From Alphaproteobacteria bacterium (GTDB lineage: Bacteria > Myxococcota_A > UBA796 > GCA-2862545): a DNA stretch of 32,000 bases. Position numbers and translations under genes: made by a program. Where the stretch lies: the NCBI GenBank assembly GCA_020632885.1, contig JACKEQ010000004.1:73361-105360 (forward strand). Direction: 5' to 3'. Below, piece by piece: positions 16,434-23,893 of this stretch (its first letter is position 1; each line of letters begins with the position of its first letter). The notes below the pieces were generated by a model. That model had not been told where the DNA came from and ran no database searches. It was given only the letters and a program-made list of their open reading frames with translations.

Positions 16434-17681
16434 TCAGTCGTCCGCCCAGGGATCCCGGACGTCGGAGGCCTCCACCGAGAACGGCTCGGAGCGCACGGAC
16501 GGCAGCGGAGGCGGCACGCTCCCCGTGCCCGGCTGACGGGCCTGGAGGCGCGGCAGGGGCGGCTCGGGCTCCCAACGGGGCGTCGCGGACGGCGAGAGCA
16601 CCTGGAGCGGGAGGGCCGCGCCTGCGGGAGCGACGACAGGCCCGGGCGGCGCGGGCTGACCGCTCCGGAAGCCGAGACCCACCATGAAGCCCAGGAGCCC
16701 CACGAACACGGCGATCGCGAGCACGCCGAGCACGGTGTCGCGCTCGAGCACGAGGCCCTTCGGGGGCGGCTCGGGCTGCGCGGGCATGCCCCAGGGGCCG
16801 CCGTAGGACAGCATCGCGGGGACCCCGGTGCCCTGGGCCACCGGCGGGACGGCGGGCACTCCGGGATGGGTCCAGGGGGACGCGTAGGGGCTGAAGGGAC
16901 CGGGAGGCTGCGGGGTGCCCTGCTGGACCCACGGCGGCGCGTAGCTCATGGGCGCGCTGGCCGGGACCGGCGTGCCGCGGCTGGGTGGGCCGCCGTCGGT
17001 GGGACCCGTGCGGTTCACGGCACCCGGATGGGTGGCCACCGCGAACCCGTGGCGGCGGGGCACGCCGGGCTCCGTGACGGCGCGCGGGGCCGGCGTGGCG
17101 CGGCGCGCAGGACCCATGGGCGCTGTCGGCGCGGTGGGGGCGGCCCTCGGCGGAACCGCGGAAGTGACGGGCGGGAGCGGCGAAGGGCGCGGGGGCACGG
17201 AGTCGCGGCGGCGAGGGGGCGCACCGGTGCCCGTGCGTGGCGGGGGACCCATGCGGATCGGGATCGCCTCGGAGAGGGGCAGCGAGCGGCGCGGGGTGAC
17301 CGGTGTGGTGGAGAACGCGCCGTGACCGTGGTGGCGCCGGGGGGGGGGAGGCGTGACCGACAGCGCCGCGCTGGTCTCCCAGGGATCCGGGGCCTCCATG
17401 GGGTCCGCCCGGCGGGGCGGCACACTGCCCAGCGGCCGGACGGGCACACCGTCCACGCGGCTCAGCGGGACGTCCGCGGTGGGCGGCTCGAGATCGATGG
17501 GGATGTCGCGGCCGGAGGTGGGGAACACCACGAGGATCCCCGTGCAGGCCGGGCAACGCACCTTGCAGCCGTCCGGACCGACGGCCGAGCGGGGCATGGT
17601 GTACTGCGCCCGGCAGTCGTCGCAGGTGACGAGGAGCCCGTCGTCCTGTGTCTGCACGCCCCCTCCGTTCATGGGGTCCAT
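16434..17681 (-). CDS. MJ0042-type zinc-ribbon protein with a long proline-rich linker and one transmembrane helix
   Basis: The N-terminus VTCDDCRAQYTMP...KVRCPACTG has two CxxC pairs. About 250 aa of Pro/Arg/Thr-rich low-complexity sequence follow, then a TM helix VLGVLAIAVFVGLLGFMVGLGF. The start is 4 nt after the HlyD stop. Confidence 0.8.
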   Translation of the reverse strand: MDPMNGGGVQTQDDGLLVTCDDCRAQYTMPRSAVGPDGCKVRCPACTGILVVFPTSGRDIPIDLEPPTADVPLSRVDGVPVRPLGSVPPRRADPMEAPDPWETSAALSVTPPPPRRHHGHGAFSTTPVTPRRSLPLSEAIPIRMGPPPRTGTGAPPRRRDSVPPRPSPLPPVTSAVPPRAAPTAPTAPMGPARRATPAPRAVTEPGVPRRHGFAVATHPGAVNRTGPTDGGPPSRGTPVPASAPMSYAPPWVQQGTPQPPGPFSPYASPWTHPGVPAVPPVAQGTGVPAMLSYGGPWGMPAQPEPPPKGLVLERDTVLGVLAIAVFVGLLGFMVGLGFRSGQPAPPGPVVAPAGAALPLQVLSPSATPRWEPEPPLPRLQARQPGTGSVPPPLPSVRSEPFSVEASDVRDPWADD

Positions 17682-17685
17682 CTTC

Positions 17686-18612
17686 TCACAGGAAGACCCT
17701 CACGGGCTCGCGGGGCCGGATCGAAGCGCCCGAGAGCCTCACGCGAACCGGGATCCCGTACTGCGGGCGACCAGGCATCGTCCAGATCTGCTCGGGGAGC
17801 ACCGCAGACCCCGGCGACACCGAGACGACCTCGCCCTTCACGCGTGTGCCGTCGGATCGCTGCACGACCGCGGCGGCCCCCGGCTCCGGCACCCGCTGAG
17901 GGGCCACCCAGGCGATCACCTCCTCGGAGGTCTCCCGCTCGACGGTGACCACGGGCTCGCCCTTCCGCACGACCTCGCCGGGCAACCGGTGCACCGCCGC
18001 CACGCGCCCGTCGATGGTCGACCGCAGCGACAGGCCCTCCAGACGGGCCTCCACGGCATCGAGCCTGCGCAGGGCGGCCACGACGGACCAGGCGGACGAC
18101 GGTGCGTCCACGGGGTCGGGCCGCGCGCGGGCCAGCTTGAGACGCAGCTCCTCCTCGCGGGCGAGGGCCTCGTCGAGCTCGGCCTGGGACGCCGCCCCGC
18201 CCTCCACGAGACGCCGCAGGCTCCGGATCCTGCCCGCCACGGCCTCCGACTCCCCCTGCAGCTGCTTCACGCGCGCCTGGTCGCGGGCGCGCTCCACGGC
18301 CTGCTCGGGGTCGACGGTGGGCGCCTGGGCGATCGCGAGGAGCTCGGCGGCCGCGATCTCCCGCTCGAGCTCGAGGTGGGTGGGGGCCATGCGCACGACG
18401 ACCTCGCCGGCGTGCACGTCGTCGTGCAGCTCGACCTCGACGGCGTCGACGCGGCCGTCGATCTCGGAGGCGATCTGCACCACGCGCTCCCGCCCGAGGC
18501 CGGGGACGGCCCCCTGGTCGCGACTCTGCACGCTGGACCAACCCACCGCCACCACGACCCCGAGCCCCCAGACGAGCGCCCCGAGGCGCCGTCGATTCCG
18601 GATGCCGATCAT
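17686..18612 (-). CDS. HlyD-family periplasmic adaptor / membrane-fusion protein
   Basis: N-terminal TM anchor LGALVWGLGVVVAVGW, a biotinyl-lipoyl-like SEIDGRVDAVEVELHDDVHAGEVVVRM, a coiled-coil middle, then STIDGRVAAVHRLPGEVVRKGEPVVTV. The ATG overlaps the upstream stop (ATGA 18609-18612). Confidence 0.85.
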   Translation of the reverse strand: MIGIRNRRRLGALVWGLGVVVAVGWSSVQSRDQGAVPGLGRERVVQIASEIDGRVDAVEVELHDDVHAGEVVVRMAPTHLELEREIAAAELLAIAQAPTVDPEQAVERARDQARVKQLQGESEAVAGRIRSLRRLVEGGAASQAELDEALAREEELRLKLARARPDPVDAPSSAWSVVAALRRLDAVEARLEGLSLRSTIDGRVAAVHRLPGEVVRKGEPVVTVERETSEEVIAWVAPQRVPEPGAAAVVQRSDGTRVKGEVVSVSPGSAVLPEQIWTMPGRPQYGIPVRVRLSGASIRPREPVRVFL

Positions 18613-19292
18613 GCTTCCCCCACCCGGGCGGTCGGCAGCAGCGTGATGGCCGAGACGTGAGCGATGCCGGCGAGCTCACGGACGAGGGTGGCGCTGCCGT
18701 TCATGGCGCGGAGGTCGATGTCGTAGACCAGCTCCTCCGGCTCGCCCGGCCCACCCGTGCGGGCCGCGGTGAGGCGGAACCAGCGGGCATGCCGCTTGAG
18801 GACGGCGTCCACCTCGCCCCTCTGGACGTCGTCGCCACCGAACCGGAAGCGGAGCACGCCCTCGGCGTCCACGCGGGTGCCGTAGGAGGTGAGCTCGAGG
18901 AACAGCACCCCGCCGAGCAACGCGGCCGTCGCGAGCCCCGCGAACCCGAGCTGGCCGGCACCCGTGGCCATGCCGGAGGCGACCGCCATGAACAGGAAGG
19001 TCGTGTCGCGGGCGTCCTTCACGGGTGTACGGAAGCGGACCACGGCCAGCGCGGCCGCCAGCCCGAAGGCCCGGGACAGCGAGTCGCCGACGATCCCCAT
19101 GATCACGCACACCACCATCGCCAGCAGAACGAGCGACTGCACGAAGTTCTGGCTGTAGGACAGGGCGCCGTGGGTGCGCGCGTACATCACCCCGATCGCC
19201 CAGGCGCAGAGGAAGGCCACGAGCAGCCGCAGGGCCATGGCGTCCAGCGTGGGCGCGCCCACCCCCGGGCCCGCCAGCATGCCGCCCATCAT
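18609..19292 (-). CDS. DUF4956-family membrane protein
   Basis: In-frame ATGATG at 19292 inside track ORF 18609..20237. Several TM helices and the family motif VVRFRTPVKDARDTTFLFMAVASGMATGAG are present. The ATG overlaps the VTC stop (ATGA 19289-19292). Confidence 0.85.
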   Translation of the reverse strand: MMGGMLAGPGVGAPTLDAMALRLLVAFLCAWAIGVMYARTHGALSYSQNFVQSLVLLAMVVCVIMGIVGDSLSRAFGLAAALAVVRFRTPVKDARDTTFLFMAVASGMATGAGQLGFAGLATAALLGGVLFLELTSYGTRVDAEGVLRFRFGGDDVQRGEVDAVLKRHARWFRLTAARTGGPGEPEELVYDIDLRAMNGSATLVRELAGIAHVSAITLLPTARVGEA

Positions 19293-20020
19293 CCAGGTCT
19301 CCACGAAGACCTCCCACCCGAGACCCAGGGCGTGGCCCACGGCTCGTCCTTCACGATGTCGACTCCCTGGGCGTACTTCGAGCAGCTGGTGCGCTCGAGC
19401 CGCAGACCCTCGGCGATGGTGCGCATCCACGAAGGGTACGCCCCGTTGAACTTCATCTCCAGGATCACGGGGGCCTCGAGGGGCACCGTGCGCCACGGAG
19501 CGTCTGCGGGACGGAAGCGATGCGCGCCCGGTTCCTGGACTTCGAGCCCGGAGTCCAGGGTCAGCCGCGTGCCGTCGCCCCACGGGGACACCCAGGCCCG
19601 GCGCTTGTAGCGCACCCAGAGGCCGGGGCGCGCGTCGATCCTCTCGGCCACCTGGCGGAAGATCGGCGCTCCGGCGTCGGCGGGCATGGGCTCGTTGTGG
19701 GCCAGGGCCGCAGCGTGCTCGGGAGCGATGCGCTCCCGGAGCTTCTCGATGGTGTTGCCGACGCGCTTCTTGATCTCGGCGAAGACGACCTGGGGCTCGG
19801 GTCCGTAGAAGCGGATCCGGAGCTTCATGCGCTCCCGCACGCCCTCCCAGGTCTGCCGGGCCAGCATCCAGTCCGTGCGGTCGAGGTAGAGGCTCGTGAC
19901 CAGGTACGCCCCCGTGGGACCGCCGAGCCGGTCGGGGTCCATGAACACGCTCGCGTGGCGCGCGACGTCCTCCGCCGTGCCCGGATCGAGCAGGTACTTG
20001 AACTCGTAGCGGGAGATCAC
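19289..20020 (-). CDS. VTC-domain (CYTH/triphosphate-tunnel, polyphosphate-polymerase-like) protein
   Basis: N-terminus ISRYEFKYLL, then TSLYLDR, MKLRIRFY, FAEIKKR, ILEMKF and SCSKYAQG, which is the strand pattern of bacterial VTC-domain proteins. The GTG start overlaps the LTD gene stop (GTGA 20017-20020). Confidence 0.88.
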   Translation of the reverse strand: MISRYEFKYLLDPGTAEDVARHASVFMDPDRLGGPTGAYLVTSLYLDRTDWMLARQTWEGVRERMKLRIRFYGPEPQVVFAEIKKRVGNTIEKLRERIAPEHAAALAHNEPMPADAGAPIFRQVAERIDARPGLWVRYKRRAWVSPWGDGTRLTLDSGLEVQEPGAHRFRPADAPWRTVPLEAPVILEMKFNGAYPSWMRTIAEGLRLERTSCSKYAQGVDIVKDEPWATPWVSGGRSSWRPG

Positions 20021-20523
20021 TCGTTCGCCGCACCGGGCGTCGGGGTGGGGTCCGCGGCGAACTCGCCCGTGCCGTCGGGCATCCGGGCCCAGGCGACGTC
20101 GGTGGTCTGCTCGGGGTAGACGACCTGGTCGAGCAACGGGAGATCTTCGGTCGCAGGACCGAAGATGGCGAGCTCCTCACCCAGGATCTCGAGGCGGAAG
20201 GTGGTGTGGACCTCGCCCGGCTCGGCCGGATCGCCATCCGCGAAGATCACGAGGTAGCCGCCTGCCGGGATGCTCGTGCCGGCCGGGAACGACCACTTCT
20301 GCGGGAGCGTGGAGTCGTCCGTCAGCGTGTAGGACGACAGCTCGACGTCCTCGTCGCCGAGGTTCGCGATCTCGAGCCAGTCGGGGAACGCACCGCTCGC
20401 GTCCTGCAGCCCGCTGGCATTGCTCGCGACGAGCTCGTTGACGACGAGGTCCGGGGGCACCCAGGCCCCTCCTTCGCCCTTGCAGGCGCCGAGGACGGCC
20501 AGGATTGCAATCCATGCGCGCAC
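20017..20523 (-). CDS. Lamin-tail-domain (LTD) lipoprotein
   Basis: Signal MRAWIAILAVLGAC, then LVVNELVASN...FPDWLEIANLGDEDVELSSYTLTDD...WSFPAGTSIPAGGYLVIFADG...HTTFRLEILGEELAIF, the LTD pattern seen at CotH N-termini. GGAGGAG lies 7 nt upstream of GTG 20523. Confidence 0.85.
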   Translation of the reverse strand: MRAWIAILAVLGACKGEGGAWVPPDLVVNELVASNASGLQDASGAFPDWLEIANLGDEDVELSSYTLTDDSTLPQKWSFPAGTSIPAGGYLVIFADGDPAEPGEVHTTFRLEILGEELAIFGPATEDLPLLDQVVYPEQTTDVAWARMPDGTGEFAADPTPTPGAANE

Positions 20524-20601
20524 GGGTAGGCTCCTCCACCAGGTGCACGAAGCCTACCGCGTGGCCGTGTCACCTGCTCGTCACAAACCCGTGAGGTTCA
20601 G

Positions 20602-21396
20602 GTGTTCGCAAGCCCCCCGGCACTCTCCGACGGTCGACCCGCGCTGGTGGGCATGGTGCACCTGGAGGCCCTGCCCGGCGCGCCCGGATGGCAGGGTGAC
20701 CTCCAGCGCGTGCTCGCCGCTGCCGATCGGGACGCCCACCGCCTGGTGGAGGGCGGGTGCGACGCCCTGCTGGTGGAGAACATGGGCGACCTGCCCTGGC
20801 TGCGTGGGAGCGTGCCGCCCTGGACGGTGGCCGCGATGGCGCTGGCGGTGGAGCGCGTCGTGGCGCTCGGGAAGCCCACGGGGCTCCAGGTCCTGGCGGC
20901 CGCCAACCGCGAGGCCCTCGGCATCGCGGTCGCCACCGGGGCGCGGTTCGTGCGCGTGGAGGGCTTCGCGTGGGCGCACGTGGCGGACGAGGGCTGGATC
21001 GACGCCTGCGCGGGCGAGCTCCTCCGCGACCGGCGCGCGCTGGGGGCGGACGTGGCGGTCTGGGCGGACGTCCAGAAGAAGCACAGCGCCCACGCCGTCA
21101 CCGCCGATCTCTCGCTCGCCGACCTCGCCCACGGCACGGCGTTCGCCGGGGCCGACGTGCTCATCGCCACGGGCACCAGCACGGGTCGTCCGACGTCCCC
21201 CGCCGATGTGGACGCCATGAAGGCCGCGGGGCTGCCGGTCGCCGTCGGGTCGGGGGTCACGCCCGAGTCCATCCCCGCGCTGCGCGCCGCCGATGCGCTC
21301 ATCGTGGGCAGCTGGCTCAAGGAGGACGGCGACTGGCGGCGACCGGTGGACACGGCCCGCGTGCGGGCGCTGCGGGTGGCCCTGGACGCGCTCTGA
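20602..21396 (+). CDS. BtpA/SgcQ-family TIM-barrel protein
   Basis: LVGMVHLEALPGAPG, LLVENMGD, FVRVEGF, IATGTSTG and AVGSGVT match the BtpA family layout. Confidence 0.88.
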   Translation: MFASPPALSDGRPALVGMVHLEALPGAPGWQGDLQRVLAAADRDAHRLVEGGCDALLVENMGDLPWLRGSVPPWTVAAMALAVERVVALGKPTGLQVLAAANREALGIAVATGARFVRVEGFAWAHVADEGWIDACAGELLRDRRALGADVAVWADVQKKHSAHAVTADLSLADLAHGTAFAGADVLIATGTSTGRPTSPADVDAMKAAGLPVAVGSGVTPESIPALRAADALIVGSWLKEDGDWRRPVDTARVRALRVALDAL

Positions 21397-21408
21397 ACAC
21401 ACGTTTAC
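21392..21408 (-). promoter_or_regulatory. Candidate LexA (SOS) operator upstream of dinB
   Basis: The minus strand reads GTAAACGTGTGTTCAGA. This matches 15 of 17 positions of the Myxococcus xanthus LexA box CTRHAMRYBYGTTCAGS (consensus from memory). The plus strand contains GAACACACGTTT, a GAAC-N4-GTTY Cheo-type core. The site lies 10-26 nt upstream of the dinB GTG, in the only AT-rich patch of the region, and overlaps a TACACT -10-like hexamer (21405-21410). Confidence 0.5.
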
Positions 21409-21417
21409 ACTGAACGT

Positions 21418-22500
21418 GTGACCCGGAAGCTCATCCACGTCGACATGGACGCGTTCTTCGCGGCCGTCGAGCAGCGCGACGACCCCAGCCTGCGTGGGAA
21501 GCCCGTCGTCGTGGGCGGCACGCCCGACGGCCGCGGGGTGGTGTGCACGGCGTCGTACGAGGCGCGGAAGTACGGCGTGCGGAGCGCGATGTCCGCCGCA
21601 CACGCCAAGCGTCTCTGCCCCCACGCGATCTTCGTGCCCGGCAGCTTCTCCCGCTACCGGGAGGCCTCCGCGGGCATGCACGCGATCTTCCACGACTACA
21701 CCGACCTCGTGGAGGGCGTGTCCCTCGACGAGGCCTACCTGGACGTGACGGAGAACAAGGCGGGCCTGGCGTACGCCCGGGAGGTCGCCGTCGACATCCG
21801 GCGGCGGATCCGCGCGGAGCTCGGGCTCACGGCGTCGGCGGGGGTGGCCCCGGCGAAGTTCGTGGCCAAGATCGCCAGCGACCACCGCAAGCCCGACGGG
21901 CTCACGGTCATCCCCCCGGACGGCGTGCTGAACTTCCTGCACCCCCTCCCCGTCCGCAAGCTCCCGGGTGTCGGGCCCTCCACGGCCGTGCGCCTGCAGA
22001 CCCTCGGCCTGCACACCGTCGGCGACCTGTACCGGTGCGACGAGCGCGACCTCGTGCGGCGGCTGGGGAGCCGGGGCGCCTGGCTCGCGGGGATGGCGCG
22101 GGGCGAGGACCCCAGGCGCGTCGTGGTCTCCCGCGAGCGGAAGAGCCGTGGCTCGGAGCGCACGTTCCACGAGGACGTCACCCACCTGGATGGCGTGCGG
22201 GAGCACGTCGTGGAGCAGATCCGCGGCCTGTGCGAGGGCCTGCAGCGGGCCGGAGAGCTCGCCCGCACGGTCACGCTGAAGGTGCGCTACGCGGACTTCC
22301 GGACGATCACCCGCGCCGCCACCCTCGACCGTCCCACGGCGGCCCCGGCCGACGTCGTGCCGGTGGTGGAGGGTCTCCTGGGCCGCACGGACGCGGGGCG
22401 CACACCCATCCGGCTCGTGGGGGTGACGTTCAGCAACTTCGCCTCGGAGGACGCGCCGGTGCTCGAGCAGCTCGCCCTGCCCTTCGCCCCGGCCTGGTGA
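21418..22500 (+). CDS. dinB: DNA polymerase IV (Y-family translesion polymerase)
   Basis: MTRKLIHVDMDAFFAAVEQRDDPSLRGKPVVVGG, YEARKYGVRSAM, SLDEAYLDVT, SAGVAPAKFVAKIASD..KPDG and LPGVGPST are collinear with E. coli DinB. Confidence 0.95.
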   Translation: MTRKLIHVDMDAFFAAVEQRDDPSLRGKPVVVGGTPDGRGVVCTASYEARKYGVRSAMSAAHAKRLCPHAIFVPGSFSRYREASAGMHAIFHDYTDLVEGVSLDEAYLDVTENKAGLAYAREVAVDIRRRIRAELGLTASAGVAPAKFVAKIASDHRKPDGLTVIPPDGVLNFLHPLPVRKLPGVGPSTAVRLQTLGLHTVGDLYRCDERDLVRRLGSRGAWLAGMARGEDPRRVVVSRERKSRGSERTFHEDVTHLDGVREHVVEQIRGLCEGLQRAGELARTVTLKVRYADFRTITRAATLDRPTAAPADVVPVVEGLLGRTDAGRTPIRLVGVTFSNFASEDAPVLEQLALPFAPAW

Positions 22501-22538
22501 CGGGAGCAGGGCCCGCGGTCTCGGGATACGCACTGCCG

Positions 22539-22868
22539 ATGTCCGAAGCCTCCCCCGACCGCGGGTTCATCCGCGTCGACTGCCCCGCCTGCCGCAACCC
22601 CGACGTGTGGTTCACGTGCAACGCGTGCAAGAAGTCCGACCACTTCGCGATGCACGCGGACCATGTCGCGTGCGACTGCGGTCAGCGCTACGACCACGGC
22701 ACGTGCACGTGCGGGGCGACCGTGCCGTTCGACGGCCTGCGGTTCGTGGCCTGGGACCAGGGCCCGATGTCCCTCGCCGACCTCGAGGTGGCGTGGGGTC
22801 GTGTGGCCGGGCTCGCCGTGGTGGCAGTGCTCGTGCTGGCCGGCATCACCTGGGCCATGCTCACCTGA
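22539..22868 (+). CDS. Small Cys8 zinc-ribbon-like, C-terminally membrane-anchored protein (109 aa)
   Basis: In-frame ATG 22539 inside track ORF 21543..22868. Cys pairs are CPAC...CNAC...CDC...CTC with several His. The C-terminal helix is LAVVAVLVLAGITWAML. It ends 14 nt before the AAA+ gene. Confidence 0.68.
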   Translation: MSEASPDRGFIRVDCPACRNPDVWFTCNACKKSDHFAMHADHVACDCGQRYDHGTCTCGATVPFDGLRFVAWDQGPMSLADLEVAWGRVAGLAVVAVLVLAGITWAMLT

Positions 22869-22882
22869 CGGAGACCGAAGGA

Positions 22883-23893
22883 ATGGACCTCGCATCCCTG
22901 ACCCTCGAAGACCTGCAGCCCGAAGCGGAGGCCCTGCGGGAGCGCCTGAACCGCTTCCGCACCTCGCTGGCGGCGTACTTCGTGGGCAAGACGCACATCA
23001 TCGACCTGATGACCGTCTGCGCCATCGCCCAGGAGCCGCTCCTGCTGCTCGGGCCGCCCGGGACCGCGAAGTCGGACCTCATCCTCAAGTTCCGCGACGC
23101 CCTGGGCATCCCCGCGGCCGAGAGCTTCGAGTACATGCTCACGCGGTTCACCGAGCCGAGCGAGGTGTTCGGGCCCATCGACATCAAGCAGCTCCGCGAG
23201 GGCCGCTACCTGCGCCGGGCCTCGGGCAAGCTGCCCACCGCGAGCCTCGTGTTCCTCGACGAGATCTTCAAGGCCAACTCCGCCATCCTGAACGCGCTCC
23301 TCACGGTCATCAACGAGCGCAAGTTCTACCAGGACGGCCAGCCCGTCCCCGTCGACCTCAAGGTGCTCTTCGGGGCCACCAACGACCTGCCCGATCAGGC
23401 CGAGCTGGCGGCCCTGAAGGACCGGTTCTGCCTCAAGGTGGCCTGCCGGTCGGTGCAGGACGACCACTTCGTGGACCTCGTGGACGCCGGGCTCGCCGCC
23501 CAGACCCAGCGCGACCTGAACCAGAAGCCGTGGTCCGAGGGCCACGCGTCCCTCGAGGACCTCCTGAAGGCCCACCGCTACCTCACGCTCCAGATGGCCC
23601 GGCGCACCACGGCCACCGACGGTTCCACGATCACGGACCGCGAGCGCTACTTCCCGGACGAGGTGCTGGCGGAGTTCCGCAGGGTGCTGAAGACCCTCGT
23701 TCGCGAGGACCGCGTGTTCGTGTCGGACCGGAAGGTGGTCAAGCTCTACAAGCTCCTCCGGGCCCACGCCTGGCTCACGCACGGCGGTCGCGTCGAGCGC
23801 TCGGACCTGCGGCTCCTGTCCTACCTCGGCGAGACCGCCGAGGAGGTCGACCTGCTCGAGGAGAAGGTGCCCCGCCTGCTGGGTCTCTCGTGA
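22883..23893 (+). CDS. RavA-like MoxR-family AAA+ ATPase (336 aa; AAA+ module only)
   Basis: ATG 22883 is preceded by GGAG/AAGGA. LLLLGPPGTAKS (Walker A), FEYMLTRFTEPSEVFGPIDI, LVFLDEIFKANSAILNALLTVINER (Walker B/sensor) and VSDRKVVKLYKLLRAHAW closely parallel E. coli RavA residues about 40-330. No LARA/C-terminal domain is present. Confidence 0.9.
   Translation: MDLASLTLEDLQPEAEALRERLNRFRTSLAAYFVGKTHIIDLMTVCAIAQEPLLLLGPPGTAKSDLILKFRDALGIPAAESFEYMLTRFTEPSEVFGPIDIKQLREGRYLRRASGKLPTASLVFLDEIFKANSAILNALLTVINERKFYQDGQPVPVDLKVLFGATNDLPDQAELAALKDRFCLKVACRSVQDDHFVDLVDAGLAAQTQRDLNQKPWSEGHASLEDLLKAHRYLTLQMARRTTATDGSTITDRERYFPDEVLAEFRRVLKTLVREDRVFVSDRKVVKLYKLLRAHAWLTHGGRVERSDLRLLSYLGETAEEVDLLEEKVPRLLGLS

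Noticed and set aside
15511-17948. Long ORFs 15511..17556 (-) and 15999..17948 (+)
   Set aside because: These are Arg/Pro/Gly/Ala-rich shadows overlapping the beta-propeller, TPR and zinc-ribbon genes. They have no motifs, and their frames lack the third-position GC bias of the chosen frames.
20502-20513. Perfect 12-bp palindrome GGATTGCAATCC
   Set aside because: It lies inside the LTD lipoprotein signal-peptide codons (W-I-A-I-L). It is a single occurrence with no partner site, so most likely coincidental.
20525-20558. Inverted repeat GGTAGGCT-N18-AGCCTACC in the LTD/btpA divergent spacer as an operator
   Set aside because: It is an 8-bp stem with an 18-nt loop that also contains the LTD gene's Shine-Dalgarno sequence. 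I recognise no known motif and there is no second copy in the window. It may be regulatory but cannot be supported from sequence alone.
21410-21425. Second LexA half-site (CTGAAC on the plus strand = GTTCAG on the minus strand) forming a tandem SOS box
   Set aside because: The 10 nt preceding this GTTCAG on the minus strand match only about 6/10 of the recalled consensus. It is better explained as the second arm of the palindrome.
20581-22533. 650-aa minus-strand ORF opposite btpA and dinB; likewise 23821..25611 (-), 27229..28641 (-), 27618..29039 (-) and 29189..31666 (-)
   Set aside because: All lie antisense to genes with strong family motifs (BtpA, DinB, RavA-like partner, cNMP protein, ABC exporter) and have typical high-GC shadow composition.
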